From a virus (taxonomy: Duplodnaviria; Heunggongvirae; Uroviricota; Caudoviricetes): a stretch of DNA of 36,209 nt. Where the stretch lies: the IMG/VR virus record IMGVR_UViG_3300026224_000019, positions 1 to 36,209 of that record; one strand, given 5' to 3'. The translations under genes and the position numbers were made by a program. The first letter of the stretch is position 1; each line of letters starts with the position of its first letter. Below the pieces are notes generated by a model. The model worked only from the letters and a program-made list of their open reading frames with translations, ran no database searches and was not told the DNA's origin. This document shows positions 15,994 through 25,423 of the stretch, piece after piece.

Positions 15994-16258
15994 CCTTCCC
16001 GGATTACTGAATGTGGCGTTATGCACGGTTATCGTGCTGACGCTCTTTTTTTATCGTCGCCGTGATTCCAGACATAAACCGCTGATGTCATGGCTGGCCT
16101 GGCTGCTGATGTTGCTTTATGGCTTTGTTCCACTCAGCTATCTGTGTGGTCGCCCGTTAGAAACAGACTGGTTCCAGGTGTTTTTTAACCTGCTGTTCTG
16201 CGTGCTGGTGATACGCGCACGCGGGAACGTCACAAAAATCTTTCCATTGTTGAGGTGA
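15983..16258 (+). CDS. Second holin-like or antiholin-like membrane protein (91 aa)
   Basis: Two or three hydrophobic segments; start overlaps the previous gene; immediately precedes the endolysin. Confidence 0.5.
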   Translation: MLSNLPGLLNVALCTVIVLTLFFYRRRDSRHKPLMSWLAWLLMLLYGFVPLSYLCGRPLETDWFQVFFNLLFCVLVIRARGNVTKIFPLLR

Positions 16259-16260
16259 AT

Positions 16261-16638
16261 ATGTCGGGTAAATTCAGATTTAGTCGTCGCAGCGAAAAGA
16301 ATCTGGAGGGCGTCAAACCACAGCTGGTTGCTGTCGTTCGCCGTGCCCTTGAGCTGACGGAGGTTGATTTCGGTATTACGGAAGGCCTGCGCAGTAAGTA
16401 TCGCCAGAAACAGCTGGTCGCAGAAGGTAAGAGCCAGACCATGAACAGCCGCCACCTGACCGGTGATGCGGTGGATGTTGTGGCCTACATTGGCAGCCAG
16501 GTGTCATGGGACTGGCCTCTGTACGAGAAAATCGCGCAGGCATTTAAGCAGGCTGCCGCAGAGCTGGGAACCGCCATTGAATGGGGCGGGGACTGGAAAA
16601 CACTGAAAGACGGGCCTCATTTTCAATTGAAGCGATAG
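16261..16638 (+). CDS. Endolysin, peptidase M15 family (125 aa)
   Basis: SRHLTGDAVDVV and GPHFQL match the zinc-binding H-x6-D ... H pattern of M15 (VanY-like) cell-wall peptidases. Confidence 0.7.
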   Translation: MSGKFRFSRRSEKNLEGVKPQLVAVVRRALELTEVDFGITEGLRSKYRQKQLVAEGKSQTMNSRHLTGDAVDVVAYIGSQVSWDWPLYEKIAQAFKQAAAELGTAIEWGGDWKTLKDGPHFQLKR

Positions 16639-16708
16639 CTTGCAAAACATACAGGGCCGCCATGAGCGGCTTTTTTATTGCTCAAAAAACGAAAGAACGG
16701 GGGTACGT

Positions 16709-16990
16709 ATGTACGCACTGAAAAAAATCACGGTAACTGAAGATGGTCGTCAGGTTGAAGAAGTGCATGTTCTGGGGAATATGTATCGCCTGGAATTTTA
16801 CCCGCGCAACACTCACCTTGCTGCCCAAGTGGAGTATTGCCGGGATGGAAATGTGCCATGCATTTTGGTGGAAAAAACGGATGAAGCCTACATCACCACG
16901 CTGGCTGGTGACACGGTGCGTTGTATCTGTCGCGGTGACAGTAAAGCCAGGGATGAAATAGCCAGATGCCGCACCCAGGGCAGTAAATAA
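16709..16990 (+). CDS. Hypothetical protein (93 aa)
   Basis: Internal ATG of the track ORF; followed by a strong terminator. Confidence 0.45.
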   Translation: MYALKKITVTEDGRQVEEVHVLGNMYRLEFYPRNTHLAAQVEYCRDGNVPCILVEKTDEAYITTLAGDTVRCICRGDSKARDEIARCRTQGSK

Positions 16991-17001
16991 AAAAAACAAA
17001 A

Positions 17002-17035
17002 CCCCGGCTGCTGGAACAGTCCGGGGTTTTGAGTT
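17002..17035. terminator. Bidirectional intrinsic terminator
   Basis: CCCCGG-13 nt loop-CCGGGG, A-run upstream and TTTTGAGTTTT downstream. Confidence 0.6.
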
Positions 17036-17122
17036 TTCACGTCAGAGAGGAAATTGTGAGTAGTGAGTACGGAGAAAATCCTCGTGGGAAAGTATAAAAG
17101 ATTCTTTTTGAGGTTGTCCATT

Positions 17123-17236
17123 ATGAAAGGTATTGAAGTGGAAACTCCCGCGAGCCTTGATTTGACAAGGGCTGCGGCCTTTGCAATTCGCCTTGTGGCG
17201 GTCGCTGTTCTGATTTGGGCTGTGCGTTGGTGGTGA
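17123..17236 (+). CDS. Small membrane protein (37 aa)
   Basis: C-terminal TM (AAAFAIRLVAVAVLIWAV); stop overlaps the next ATG. Found by manual translation. Confidence 0.35.
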   Translation: MKGIEVETPASLDLTRAAAFAIRLVAVAVLIWAVRWW

Positions 17237-17237
17237 T

Positions 17238-17420
17238 ATGACGCGAAAACACTGGACACACAGAATGCCACGAACTGCGGCGAAATGGGCACTGGTAGCG
17301 ATACTGGTGCCTTTTTTATTGGTGGGATGCGTTAGCCTGGATAAAGCGCGCCAGCTTTTCGATACCGCTTCTCTGGTCTGTGAAATTGTCGACGGTGTCC
17401 GGCAGTGTCTGCAGAACTGA
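17238..17420 (+). CDS. Lipoprotein (60 aa), possible o-spanin-like or Bor-position cargo
   Basis: Signal peptide with lipobox LLVGC; several Cys in the mature part; located after the lysis genes. Confidence 0.5.
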   Translation: MTRKHWTHRMPRTAAKWALVAILVPFLLVGCVSLDKARQLFDTASLVCEIVDGVRQCLQN

Positions 17421-17595
17421 TCGCCTGTAAGAGCAGAATATTTTGCTGAAAAATGAAGGGGGGCGCCAGCGTCCGGAAAGCATGAAATTCTGTGTTTGTG
17501 GCTACTCAATAAAATAAATTCTTTCTGTCGCCGCGAATACTCAAATGTTGATCAGTGCCCGCTGCGGCGACGGGCTTTGATATCAGGAGACGATG

Positions 17596-17991
17596 ATGAA
17601 AAAAACAGAAAGCAAACCGATTGTAATTGGTACCGCTGCTGTTCCGTTTAAGTTTGAGTTGTCACAACTGGTGGAGGTACGTATCAGTGATGAATGGGGG
17701 GAAGTGAGGGGGCGTGCTCAGTATGCAGGTAGTGAAAACCAGTACTTGATCCACTACAAAGCAGCTGATGGTCGCGCCATGACGGAGTGGTTTGGTGAGT
17801 CAATGCTGGAAGCAACAGAAGATGGTCGTTATCCGGGCTGTCCGGTATTTGCCTGCATGGAATTGCCGGAAGGCGCAGTAGTTGAACTGCAGCCGGGTGA
17901 GATGTTCGTGATGACAGACATCATTGATGGTAAACCGCAGTATTCGCGTATTGAAATGAATGGTAAGAGTGCTCGCCTGATTCGTGAGTAA
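17596..17991 (+). CDS. Hypothetical protein (131 aa)
   Basis: ATG with AGGAGA RBS at 6-nt spacing; isolated gene between lysis and packaging modules. Confidence 0.5.
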   Translation: MKKTESKPIVIGTAAVPFKFELSQLVEVRISDEWGEVRGRAQYAGSENQYLIHYKAADGRAMTEWFGESMLEATEDGRYPGCPVFACMELPEGAVVELQPGEMFVMTDIIDGKPQYSRIEMNGKSARLIRE

Positions 17992-18243
17992 CAGGCATTA
18001 CAGCAGCTCTTCAGCGAGGGGCTGCGATAATGTAGGTGTTGGAGTGTATGCAAATGATAATTGCTCCCATTTTCACGGGTCCTTCCTGGAATTTAGAACA
18101 CCGAGGGGATACGGATGCGCAGAAATCGCCAAATTTTTGCATTTTCATCGTTCATCACCACCACTGTAATTTATTGATAATGAAAGGTTAAAAAATAGCT
18201 GGTGTCGAAAATGTTTGTTTTTTGTTCATCACTGGAGGGGTAA

Positions 18244-18744
18244 GTGGATAAGGAATTGAAACACCTTGTTCTTAATGTCAGCCAGTTAGCTGCGCTGTCG
18301 GGTGTGCACCGACAGACTGTCGCATCAAGAATCAAAAATGTCCGAACAGCGGGTGGGCATGAGAGTAACCTCAAGCTGTATAAACTTACTGATATTCTGG
18401 CAGAGCTAATGAAGTTGCCACCGCCTGTCGCTGAAGGGGAAATGGATCCCCATGACCGAAAAGCCTGGTATCAGTCAGAACGGGAACGTCTGAAATTTGA
18501 ACAGGAGGTCGGAGAACTGATCCCTGCGTCTGATGTCGCCCGTGAATTTGCTGAAATGGCAAAGGCTATGGTGCAGGTTCTGGAAACTCTCCCCGATATT
18601 CTTGAACGCGATTGCGCTCTCGAGCCTTCGGCTGTCATGCGGGTGCAAAGCATTATTGATGATTTGCGTGACGAAATTGCGCGGCGGGTGGCAGATGACA
18701 GCAAACAGGAAGATACAGAGGAGGAAAATCAGGAGGACGAATAA
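18244..18744 (+). CDS. Terminase small subunit, Nu1-like (166 aa)
   Basis: N-terminal HTH (LNVSQLAALSGVHRQTVASRI) like lambda Nu1; acidic C-terminus; immediately precedes the terminase large subunit. Confidence 0.6.
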   Translation: MDKELKHLVLNVSQLAALSGVHRQTVASRIKNVRTAGGHESNLKLYKLTDILAELMKLPPPVAEGEMDPHDRKAWYQSERERLKFEQEVGELIPASDVAREFAEMAKAMVQVLETLPDILERDCALEPSAVMRVQSIIDDLRDEIARRVADDSKQEDTEEENQEDE

Positions 18745-20861
18745 TGCCTGTGCAGGCGACCGCCAGATCGTTGAAACTGGATACGGGCCAGTTAATTAAA
18801 GCGCCGCGCAGGATGCCTGTTGCCGAAGCGGTACAAAAATTTATGCGAGTCCCTACATCTGGTGGCAACTCTGTTCCGTGGGATCCGCTGGTTGCACCGT
18901 ATGTGATTGAACCCATGAACTGCCTGTCGTCCCGTGAGTTTGATGCGGTTGTTTTTGTTGGCCCTGCCCGTACGGGCAAGACTAACGGCCTGATTGATGG
19001 CTGGGTGGTTTATAACATTGTTTGCGATCCGTCAGACTTTTTGCTGGTGCAGATGACGCAGGATAAGGCGCAGGAGCACTCCAAAAAGCGCCTGGCAAGA
19101 ACATTTCGTTGCAGTCCGGAGGTCAGAAAACGCCTCAGTCCACGCCGCAACGATAACAACGTTCATGACAAATATTTTCTGTCAGGCAGCTTTCTGAAAA
19201 TCGGCTGGCCCTCCATCAATGTCATGTCATCCTCTGATTTTAAATGTGTGGCGCTGACTGATTACGACCGATTTCCTGAAGATATCGATGGCGAAGGTGA
19301 TGGTTTCTCCCTGGCTTCAAAACGTACCACCACATTTATGTCAGCTGGTATGACGCTGGTGGAGAGTTCTCCCGGGCGTGAAATCACAAACAGCAAATGG
19401 CGCAGAACGTCACCGCATGAAGCCCCGCCCACCACGGGGATCCTTTCTCTGTATAACCGTGGCGATCGTCGTCGCTGGTACTGGCCTTGTCCGGATTGCG
19501 GTGATTATTTCCAGCCATCGATGGAGGCTATGACGGGGTATCGTGACAATCCTGATCCTGTAAAAGCCAGTGAAGCGGCTCATATATTATGCCCTCATTG
19601 TGGCAACCGAATCACCGCAGACATGAAACGTGAACTGAATGGTCGCGGCGTCTGGTTGCGTGAAGGTGAGCAGATTGACAGAGAAGGGAATGTTACCGGA
19701 ACGCCACGTCATTCAAGGATAGCCAGCTTCTGGATGGAAGGCCCCGCTGCAGCCTATCAGACCTGGGCGCAACTGGTTTACAAACTACTGACTGCTGAGC
19801 AGGAATATGAAGCCACAGGCAGTGAGGAAACACTGAAGGCGGTGATTAACACCGACTGGGGATTGCCTTATTTGCCTCGTTCCGCCATGGAGTTGCGCAG
19901 TGCAGATGTTCTGATGCAGCGGGCTGAGGATTACGGTAAGCGCCTGGTACCGCCGAAAGTGCGTTTTCTTATTGCGGCTGTGGACGTGCAGGGCGGGAAG
20001 AACCGACGGTTTGTGGTGCAGATTATTGGCTATGGCGAGGACGGCGAACGCTGGCTGGTGGACCGTTATAACATCCGACAGTCATTGCGTTGCGATGAAA
20101 ATGGCGAAGCATTACCTGTGCATCCCGGAGCTTACCCTGAAGACTGGCAGTTGCTGGTCACCGATGTACTGGAGAAAACGTATCCGCTCCAGTCCGATCC
20201 GGCCCGCAGAATGCCTGTACTGGCAATGGCGGTGGACAGTGGTGGTGAGGACGGGGTGACGGATAACGCCTATAAATTCTGGCGAAAATGTCGTCAGGAT
20301 GGACTGGGGCGACGGGTTTTTCTGGTAAAGGGAGACAGCACGAAACGCCAGAAAATTATTACCATCACACACCCGGATAATACCGGGCGAAGCGATCGCC
20401 GTGCGGATGCTCAGGGGAAGGTGCCGGTATATCTCCTGCAGACAGATCTGCTGAAAGATCAACTAAGCAATAACCTGCAACGTGAAATGCCCGGACCGGG
20501 CTACATTCATTTTCCTGACTGGCTAGGGGAGTGGTTTTATGAAGAGTTGACCTATGAGGAACGTGGTGCTGACGGGAAATGGCGCAAGCCGGGAAAAGGG
20601 AATAACGAAGCGTTTGACCTTTTTTGCTATGCCCATGCCGTCGCCATTCTGCGTGGCTATGAAAAAATCCGTGACTGGAGCAACCCTCCCCAGTGGGCAA
20701 GAGGGCAGGATGCTGACGCGGGGACTTCGGCAGACAGACGTTCTTCCGACACAGTGGACAAGAAAAACGTTGTCGGAAGAGATGAGCGGCAAAAAGCAGC
20801 GTCGCCGGAAGCGTTATCCGGAAACTGGTTATCACTACCCCGAAACGGAGGATGGTTGTGA
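18744..20861 (+). CDS. Terminase large subunit, lambda GpA family (705 aa)
   Basis: Walker A VFVGPARTGKT; CPDCGDY...CPHCG zinc ribbon; size and order as lambda A. Confidence 0.9.
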   Translation: MPVQATARSLKLDTGQLIKAPRRMPVAEAVQKFMRVPTSGGNSVPWDPLVAPYVIEPMNCLSSREFDAVVFVGPARTGKTNGLIDGWVVYNIVCDPSDFLLVQMTQDKAQEHSKKRLARTFRCSPEVRKRLSPRRNDNNVHDKYFLSGSFLKIGWPSINVMSSSDFKCVALTDYDRFPEDIDGEGDGFSLASKRTTTFMSAGMTLVESSPGREITNSKWRRTSPHEAPPTTGILSLYNRGDRRRWYWPCPDCGDYFQPSMEAMTGYRDNPDPVKASEAAHILCPHCGNRITADMKRELNGRGVWLREGEQIDREGNVTGTPRHSRIASFWMEGPAAAYQTWAQLVYKLLTAEQEYEATGSEETLKAVINTDWGLPYLPRSAMELRSADVLMQRAEDYGKRLVPPKVRFLIAAVDVQGGKNRRFVVQIIGYGEDGERWLVDRYNIRQSLRCDENGEALPVHPGAYPEDWQLLVTDVLEKTYPLQSDPARRMPVLAMAVDSGGEDGVTDNAYKFWRKCRQDGLGRRVFLVKGDSTKRQKIITITHPDNTGRSDRRADAQGKVPVYLLQTDLLKDQLSNNLQREMPGPGYIHFPDWLGEWFYEELTYEERGADGKWRKPGKGNNEAFDLFCYAHAVAILRGYEKIRDWSNPPQWARGQDADAGTSADRRSSDTVDKKNVVGRDERQKAASPEALSGNWLSLPRNGGWL

Positions 20862-21076
20862 AAAAAGATGAGATTTTCCAGATGCTGGTTATCGTGCGAC
20901 AGGCATACAGGGATTCCCTGGATGGTAAAAGTGTGTCTTTTACCGGGGTGAATGGCAGGGCGATCACCAACCATGATCCTGTTGCATTACGCAGGGAGCT
21001 TGAATACTGGGAAAAACGCTGGGCGGCGGCCTGCCAGCCCACAAGGAAACCGTACAAACTCGCCCGTTTCTCCTGA
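20858..21076 (+). CDS. Head-tail joining protein, gpW-like (72 aa)
   Basis: Small ORF between terminase and portal as in lambda W. GTG start has GGAGG at proper spacing; the track ATG at 20852 abuts the RBS. Confidence 0.5.
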   Translation: MKKDEIFQMLVIVRQAYRDSLDGKSVSFTGVNGRAITNHDPVALRRELEYWEKRWAAACQPTRKPYKLARFS

Positions 21077-21084
21077 GGTTTTTT

Positions 21085-22596
21085 ATGGGTTTTTTTGATA
21101 AAGCACTTGGCGCAATTGCGCCAGGGTGGGCAGTTTCGCGCGCCAGAAACAAAATACTGCTGAGAGCTTATGAGGCGGCGCAGCCTTCACGCCTGAATAA
21201 GGCGCGGCGCGAGAGCCGTTCTGCCGATACAGCGGTTTTTTCTGCCGGTACCTCGTTAAGGGAGCAGGCCAGGGCGCTGGATGAAGATCACGATATCGTG
21301 ATTGGTCTGCTGGATAAGCTGGAAGAGCGGGTTATTGGTGCGCAGGGGATCCAGGTCGAACCACAACCACTGAGAAGCGATGGCACCCTGCATGAATCGC
21401 TGGCAGAGCAGATCTCGGCATTGTGGTCTGAATGGTCTGTTCGCCCTGAGGTCACGGGGATGTTCACCCGCCCGGAGGCCGAACGGATGGCATTGCGATC
21501 TGCTTTGCGTGATGGCGAGATGTTCGTACAACTGGTGCGTGGTCCTGTCGCCGGTCTGAATCATTCCACTGTGGTGCCATTATCACTGGAACTTCTCGAA
21601 GCAGATTTTGTTCCGGTCAGTCTGAACACGAACGCGGGTCAGCAAGTCCGCCAGGGCATTATTCTTAACAACTGGGGGCGGCCTGTAGGGTATCGGGTTT
21701 ATAAATACCATCCTGCAAATATGCGTGGATTCAGCGCCGATCTCAAAACTGTTCACGCAGACAACATGCTTCATCTGGCGATGCGGAAACGGCTTCATCA
21801 GGTGAGAGGTGTCAGCCTGTTACATGGTGTGATTCGCCGGATTGCTGATCTGAAAGATTATGAAGAATCAGAGCGTGTGGCTGCCCGTATTGCTGCCGCG
21901 CTGGGTTTCTACATTAAGCGTGGTGATGCCGCCAGCTTTCCGACGGATAACGACTGGACACCCACAGAACAAAAACCCCGGTACTTTGATATTTCGCCGG
22001 GCATGATTTTTGACGAACTGGCCCCCGGTGAAGATCTGGGGATGGTGGAGTCGAATCGTCCGAATGTTCATCTTTATGAATTCCGGAACGGGCAGTTGCG
22101 TGCTGTGGCTGCCGGAACCCGTGGCAGTTATTCCAGTATTGCCCGTGACTATAACGGCTCCTACAGTTCGCAGCGTCAGGAGCTGGTGGAAGGTTACGAA
22201 GGCTACGGGGTTTTACAGCAGTGGTTTGTCGGTCAGTACAGCCGCCCGGTGTACCGGGCATGGCTGGAGCAGGCGATACCTTTTCTTGAAATTCCTCCTG
22301 ATGTGGATATGTCCACGCTTTTCAATGCCACTTATCTTGGCCCGGTGATGCCGTGGATTGATCCGGTGAAGGAGGCTGCAGCATGGCGGGCCATTCTTCG
22401 CGGTGGTGCCGGGACGGAGGCCGAGTGGATACGTGCCCGTGGGCAGTCACCGCAGGAGGTCAAACGTCAGCGACTGCGTGAAACTGAATTTAACCGGGAA
22501 AACGGGCTGGTGTTCGATTCTGACGCCGCTAACGATAAAGGAGTGATCCCTGATGCAGCAAATGATAAACCCGCGTCTTCGCGGGACGATGATTAA
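21085..22596 (+). CDS. Portal protein, lambda gpB family (503 aa)
   Basis: Size, position and N-terminus MGFFDKALGAIAPGW typical of lambda-family portal proteins. Confidence 0.85.
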   Translation: MGFFDKALGAIAPGWAVSRARNKILLRAYEAAQPSRLNKARRESRSADTAVFSAGTSLREQARALDEDHDIVIGLLDKLEERVIGAQGIQVEPQPLRSDGTLHESLAEQISALWSEWSVRPEVTGMFTRPEAERMALRSALRDGEMFVQLVRGPVAGLNHSTVVPLSLELLEADFVPVSLNTNAGQQVRQGIILNNWGRPVGYRVYKYHPANMRGFSADLKTVHADNMLHLAMRKRLHQVRGVSLLHGVIRRIADLKDYEESERVAARIAAALGFYIKRGDAASFPTDNDWTPTEQKPRYFDISPGMIFDELAPGEDLGMVESNRPNVHLYEFRNGQLRAVAAGTRGSYSSIARDYNGSYSSQRQELVEGYEGYGVLQQWFVGQYSRPVYRAWLEQAIPFLEIPPDVDMSTLFNATYLGPVMPWIDPVKEAAAWRAILRGGAGTEAEWIRARGQSPQEVKRQRLRETEFNRENGLVFDSDAANDKGVIPDAANDKPASSRDDD

Positions 22597-24643
22597 TCCC
22601 CGCGCCAGCCTTGCGGGGGTGGATGCCGCTAATGGTCAGTGCTGGTATGAAATCCGTGCACAGACTGCCGGGCGGGTGGAAATTTACCTCTATGACGTGA
22701 TTGGCGGATGGGGCATCACCGCGCAGCAGTTTATTGCTGACTGTAAGGATGCGGGGGTGTTTGAGGCCAGCGCTATTGATCTGCATATCCACAGCCCGGG
22801 CGGTGATGTGATGCAGGGGTTTGCCATCTTTAACACGCTGTCACGGCTGAAAGCGAAGGTGGATATCTGGGTGGATGGTGTTGCAGCCAGCATGGCCTCC
22901 ATGATTGTCTGCCTGCCAGGCGCCACAGTGCATATGCCTGAAAATTCCTGGCTGATGGTGCACAAGCCGTGGGGCGGGATCGCCGGTGATTCCGATGATA
23001 TGCGTGATTATGCTGACTGGCTGGATCGCAACGAGGCGCTGATGCTGTCAGCCTACATGAATAAAACCGGACTCGGGCAGGAGGAGCTGGAAGCCATGCT
23101 GAAAGCAGAAACCTGGCTGAACGGTGCTGAAGCCGTGGAAAAAGGCTTCGCTGATACGCTTGAACCTGAATTACAGGCTGCGGCCTGTGTGAACCAAAAT
23201 AAACTGAAGGATTACCATAATATGCCAGAACAGATTAACGCGCTTTTTGCTCCACGTGCAGAAACGACAAACGGACAGCCGCAGGAGCCGAAAGCAACCC
23301 CGCAAAATGCGCAACAGATCGCTGCTCAGCAGGCACCATCAACCGGAAATGTGGATATCAGCGCAATTGCTTCGCAGGTTCAGCAACAACTGATGGCAGC
23401 CAATGCGGAACGTGTGCAGGCTGTAACCGCAGTTTTTGCCTCTTTCCCGTCTTATGCCGCACTGAAAGCGGAGTGTCTGAACGACATGACCTGTACGGAA
23501 GCACAGGCCCGTGAAAAACTGTTGCAGGCGCTGGCAGCCGGAACGACACCAAGTGCAGGCCCGGGCGCTGTTCATATTCATGCCGGGAACGGTAATCTGG
23601 TCGGCGATTCCATTCGTGCGGCTGTGATGGCACGCGCCGGATATGCCGAAGCAGAAAAAGATAATGCTTATAACGGTTTTACACTGCGCGAGCTGGCGCG
23701 TGCTTCGCTGGTTGATCGCGGTATCGGTATCTCCGGTCATTCCGCACCGATGGCGATGGTGGGGCTGGCATTTACTCACAGCAGCAGCGATTTCGGCAAT
23801 ATCCTGATGGATGTGGCTCATAAAGCTGCGTTGCAGGGCTGGGATGATGCCAGCGAAAATTTTGACAAATGGACCCGCAAGGGAACGCTGACTGATTTTA
23901 AAACCGCGCATCGTGTCGGGCTGGAAACTTTCCCGACGCTACGAAAAGTATTGCCGGGGGCTGAATATAAATATGTGACCCTGAAAGATCGTGGCGAACC
24001 GATTGCACTGGCGACTTATGGCGAATTGTTCAGCATTGATCGCCAGACCATCATCAATGATGACCTGGATATGCTGACCCGTATTCCGATGGCAATGGGG
24101 GCGGCAGCGCGGACTACCGTGGGTGATCTGGTCTGGGCCGTGCTGACCAGCAATCCGAAAATGTCGGATGGCAAACCGCTGTTCCATGCAGATCATGGCA
24201 ACCTGGTGACTGCAGATTTGTCTATTGAGGGGCTGGATTCCGGGCGTAAAGCCATGCTGCTCCAGAAATCGGGTGACCGCCGCCTGAACATTCGTCCTGC
24301 TTTTATGTTGACGCCTGTTGCCATTGAGTCGCGTGCCAATCAGTTGATTAAGTCTGCCAGCGTGCCCGGTGCAGATGCGAACAGCGGCATTATTAACCCG
24401 ATTCAGAATTTTGCCACGGTTCTGTCAGAGGCCCGCCTTGATGACAGCAGCCCGACGGATTATTACCTGGTGGCAGCGCAGGGGCGTGACACGATTGAAG
24501 TGGCTTACCTCGACGGTATTGATACGCCGTATCTGGAGCAGCAACAGGGCTTTACGGTTGATGGTGCAGCATTCAAGGTGCGCATTGATGCCGGAGTGGC
24601 ACCGCTTGACTGGCGTGGCATGGTCAAAGTGAAAAAACAATAA
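22553..24643 (+). CDS. Prohead protease (ClpP/S14-like) fused to major capsid protein (696 aa)
   Basis: N-terminal ClpP-like region (IHSPGGDVMQGFAIFNTL, MVHKPWGG); C-terminal ~350 aa has capsid-like character; no separate major capsid gene follows. AAGGAG RBS before ATG 22553. Confidence 0.7.
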   Translation: MQQMINPRLRGTMINPRASLAGVDAANGQCWYEIRAQTAGRVEIYLYDVIGGWGITAQQFIADCKDAGVFEASAIDLHIHSPGGDVMQGFAIFNTLSRLKAKVDIWVDGVAASMASMIVCLPGATVHMPENSWLMVHKPWGGIAGDSDDMRDYADWLDRNEALMLSAYMNKTGLGQEELEAMLKAETWLNGAEAVEKGFADTLEPELQAAACVNQNKLKDYHNMPEQINALFAPRAETTNGQPQEPKATPQNAQQIAAQQAPSTGNVDISAIASQVQQQLMAANAERVQAVTAVFASFPSYAALKAECLNDMTCTEAQAREKLLQALAAGTTPSAGPGAVHIHAGNGNLVGDSIRAAVMARAGYAEAEKDNAYNGFTLRELARASLVDRGIGISGHSAPMAMVGLAFTHSSSDFGNILMDVAHKAALQGWDDASENFDKWTRKGTLTDFKTAHRVGLETFPTLRKVLPGAEYKYVTLKDRGEPIALATYGELFSIDRQTIINDDLDMLTRIPMAMGAAARTTVGDLVWAVLTSNPKMSDGKPLFHADHGNLVTADLSIEGLDSGRKAMLLQKSGDRRLNIRPAFMLTPVAIESRANQLIKSASVPGADANSGIINPIQNFATVLSEARLDDSSPTDYYLVAAQGRDTIEVAYLDGIDTPYLEQQQGFTVDGAAFKVRIDAGVAPLDWRGMVKVKKQ

Positions 24644-24645
24644 AT

Positions 24646-24671
24646 AACCGCCGGACAGGGCGGTTTTTTTT
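24646..24671 (+). terminator. Intrinsic terminator after the capsid gene
   Basis: AACCGCC-GGACAG-GGCGGTT followed by TTTTTTTT. Confidence 0.6.
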
Positions 24672-24716
24672 ATGGCTGAAGCGGCGCACTTTGCGCCGCA
24701 TTTACCGGAGAAAAAA

Positions 24717-25046
24717 ATGTCAAAAAATTTTGTTCAGGACGGAAAAAACGTCGACTGGGTGAACGGGACCGGGAAGGCGGTGTCATCTGGCGATCTGGTT
24801 GTTCAGGATAATCTTGTTGGTGTTGCTCACGCTGATATTCCGGACGGGGATGTGGGCATTCTGCATACGGTGGGGGTTTTCTCTTTACCTAAAGAGGCAG
24901 AGGCGCTAACGCAAGGCAAGCTGGTGTATTTCAAAGCGGATACGGCAACACTGACCGCAACGAAATCAGGTAATACGCTGGTGGGAACAGTATGGGCATC
25001 GGCTGAAGCCGGAGATGCCTGTGTTTGTGTGCGTCTGGGGTACTGA
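24717..25046 (+). CDS. Small head protein, putative decoration/cement protein (DUF2190-like, 109 aa)
   Basis: Position right after the capsid gene; Gly/Val-rich beta-type sequence; GGAG RBS. Confidence 0.45.
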   Translation: MSKNFVQDGKNVDWVNGTGKAVSSGDLVVQDNLVGVAHADIPDGDVGILHTVGVFSLPKEAEALTQGKLVYFKADTATLTATKSGNTLVGTVWASAEAGDACVCVRLGY

Positions 25047-25402
25047 TGCATCGATTTCATAAACGGCTGATGCGGGCAGATGCCCGCATTTCCCGGCTTT
25101 TTTCCGAGGAGTGTCCGGCGATACTGTCTATTGGCAGCGAGCGTCGCCCTGTTATGGTGATTTTTGAATCTCCGGATGCGCCGGTTCGTGTTCCGGGTGG
25201 TGGAGAAATTAACGATCAGGCTCCGGCATTCAGCGCACTGACAGAGGATATTAAGGGGCTCAGCACAAACTGCACAGTGGAGCTGAACCACGAATTTTAC
25301 CGCGTCACGCATATTGGTGCGGATGAAATGGGGCGTACACGCGTAACGCTCGGGCGTGGACGGGGGACGTCATTACCGACCATCGAATGGAGTAAAAAAT
25401 AA
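25046..25402 (+). CDS. Hypothetical head completion / connector protein (118 aa)
   Basis: Start overlaps the upstream stop (TGATG); position between head and tail modules only. Confidence 0.35.
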   Translation: MHRFHKRLMRADARISRLFSEECPAILSIGSERRPVMVIFESPDAPVRVPGGGEINDQAPAFSALTEDIKGLSTNCTVELNHEFYRVTHIGADEMGRTRVTLGRGRGTSLPTIEWSKK

Positions 25403-25423
25403 ACTTCATAAGGAGATATCGCA

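Noticed and set aside
20365-21057. 230-aa minus-strand ORF antisense to the terminase/portal junction
   Set aside because: Lies entirely inside well-supported plus-strand genes, has no RBS and is Arg/Ser/Pro-rich as expected for an antisense frame of GC-rich coding DNA.
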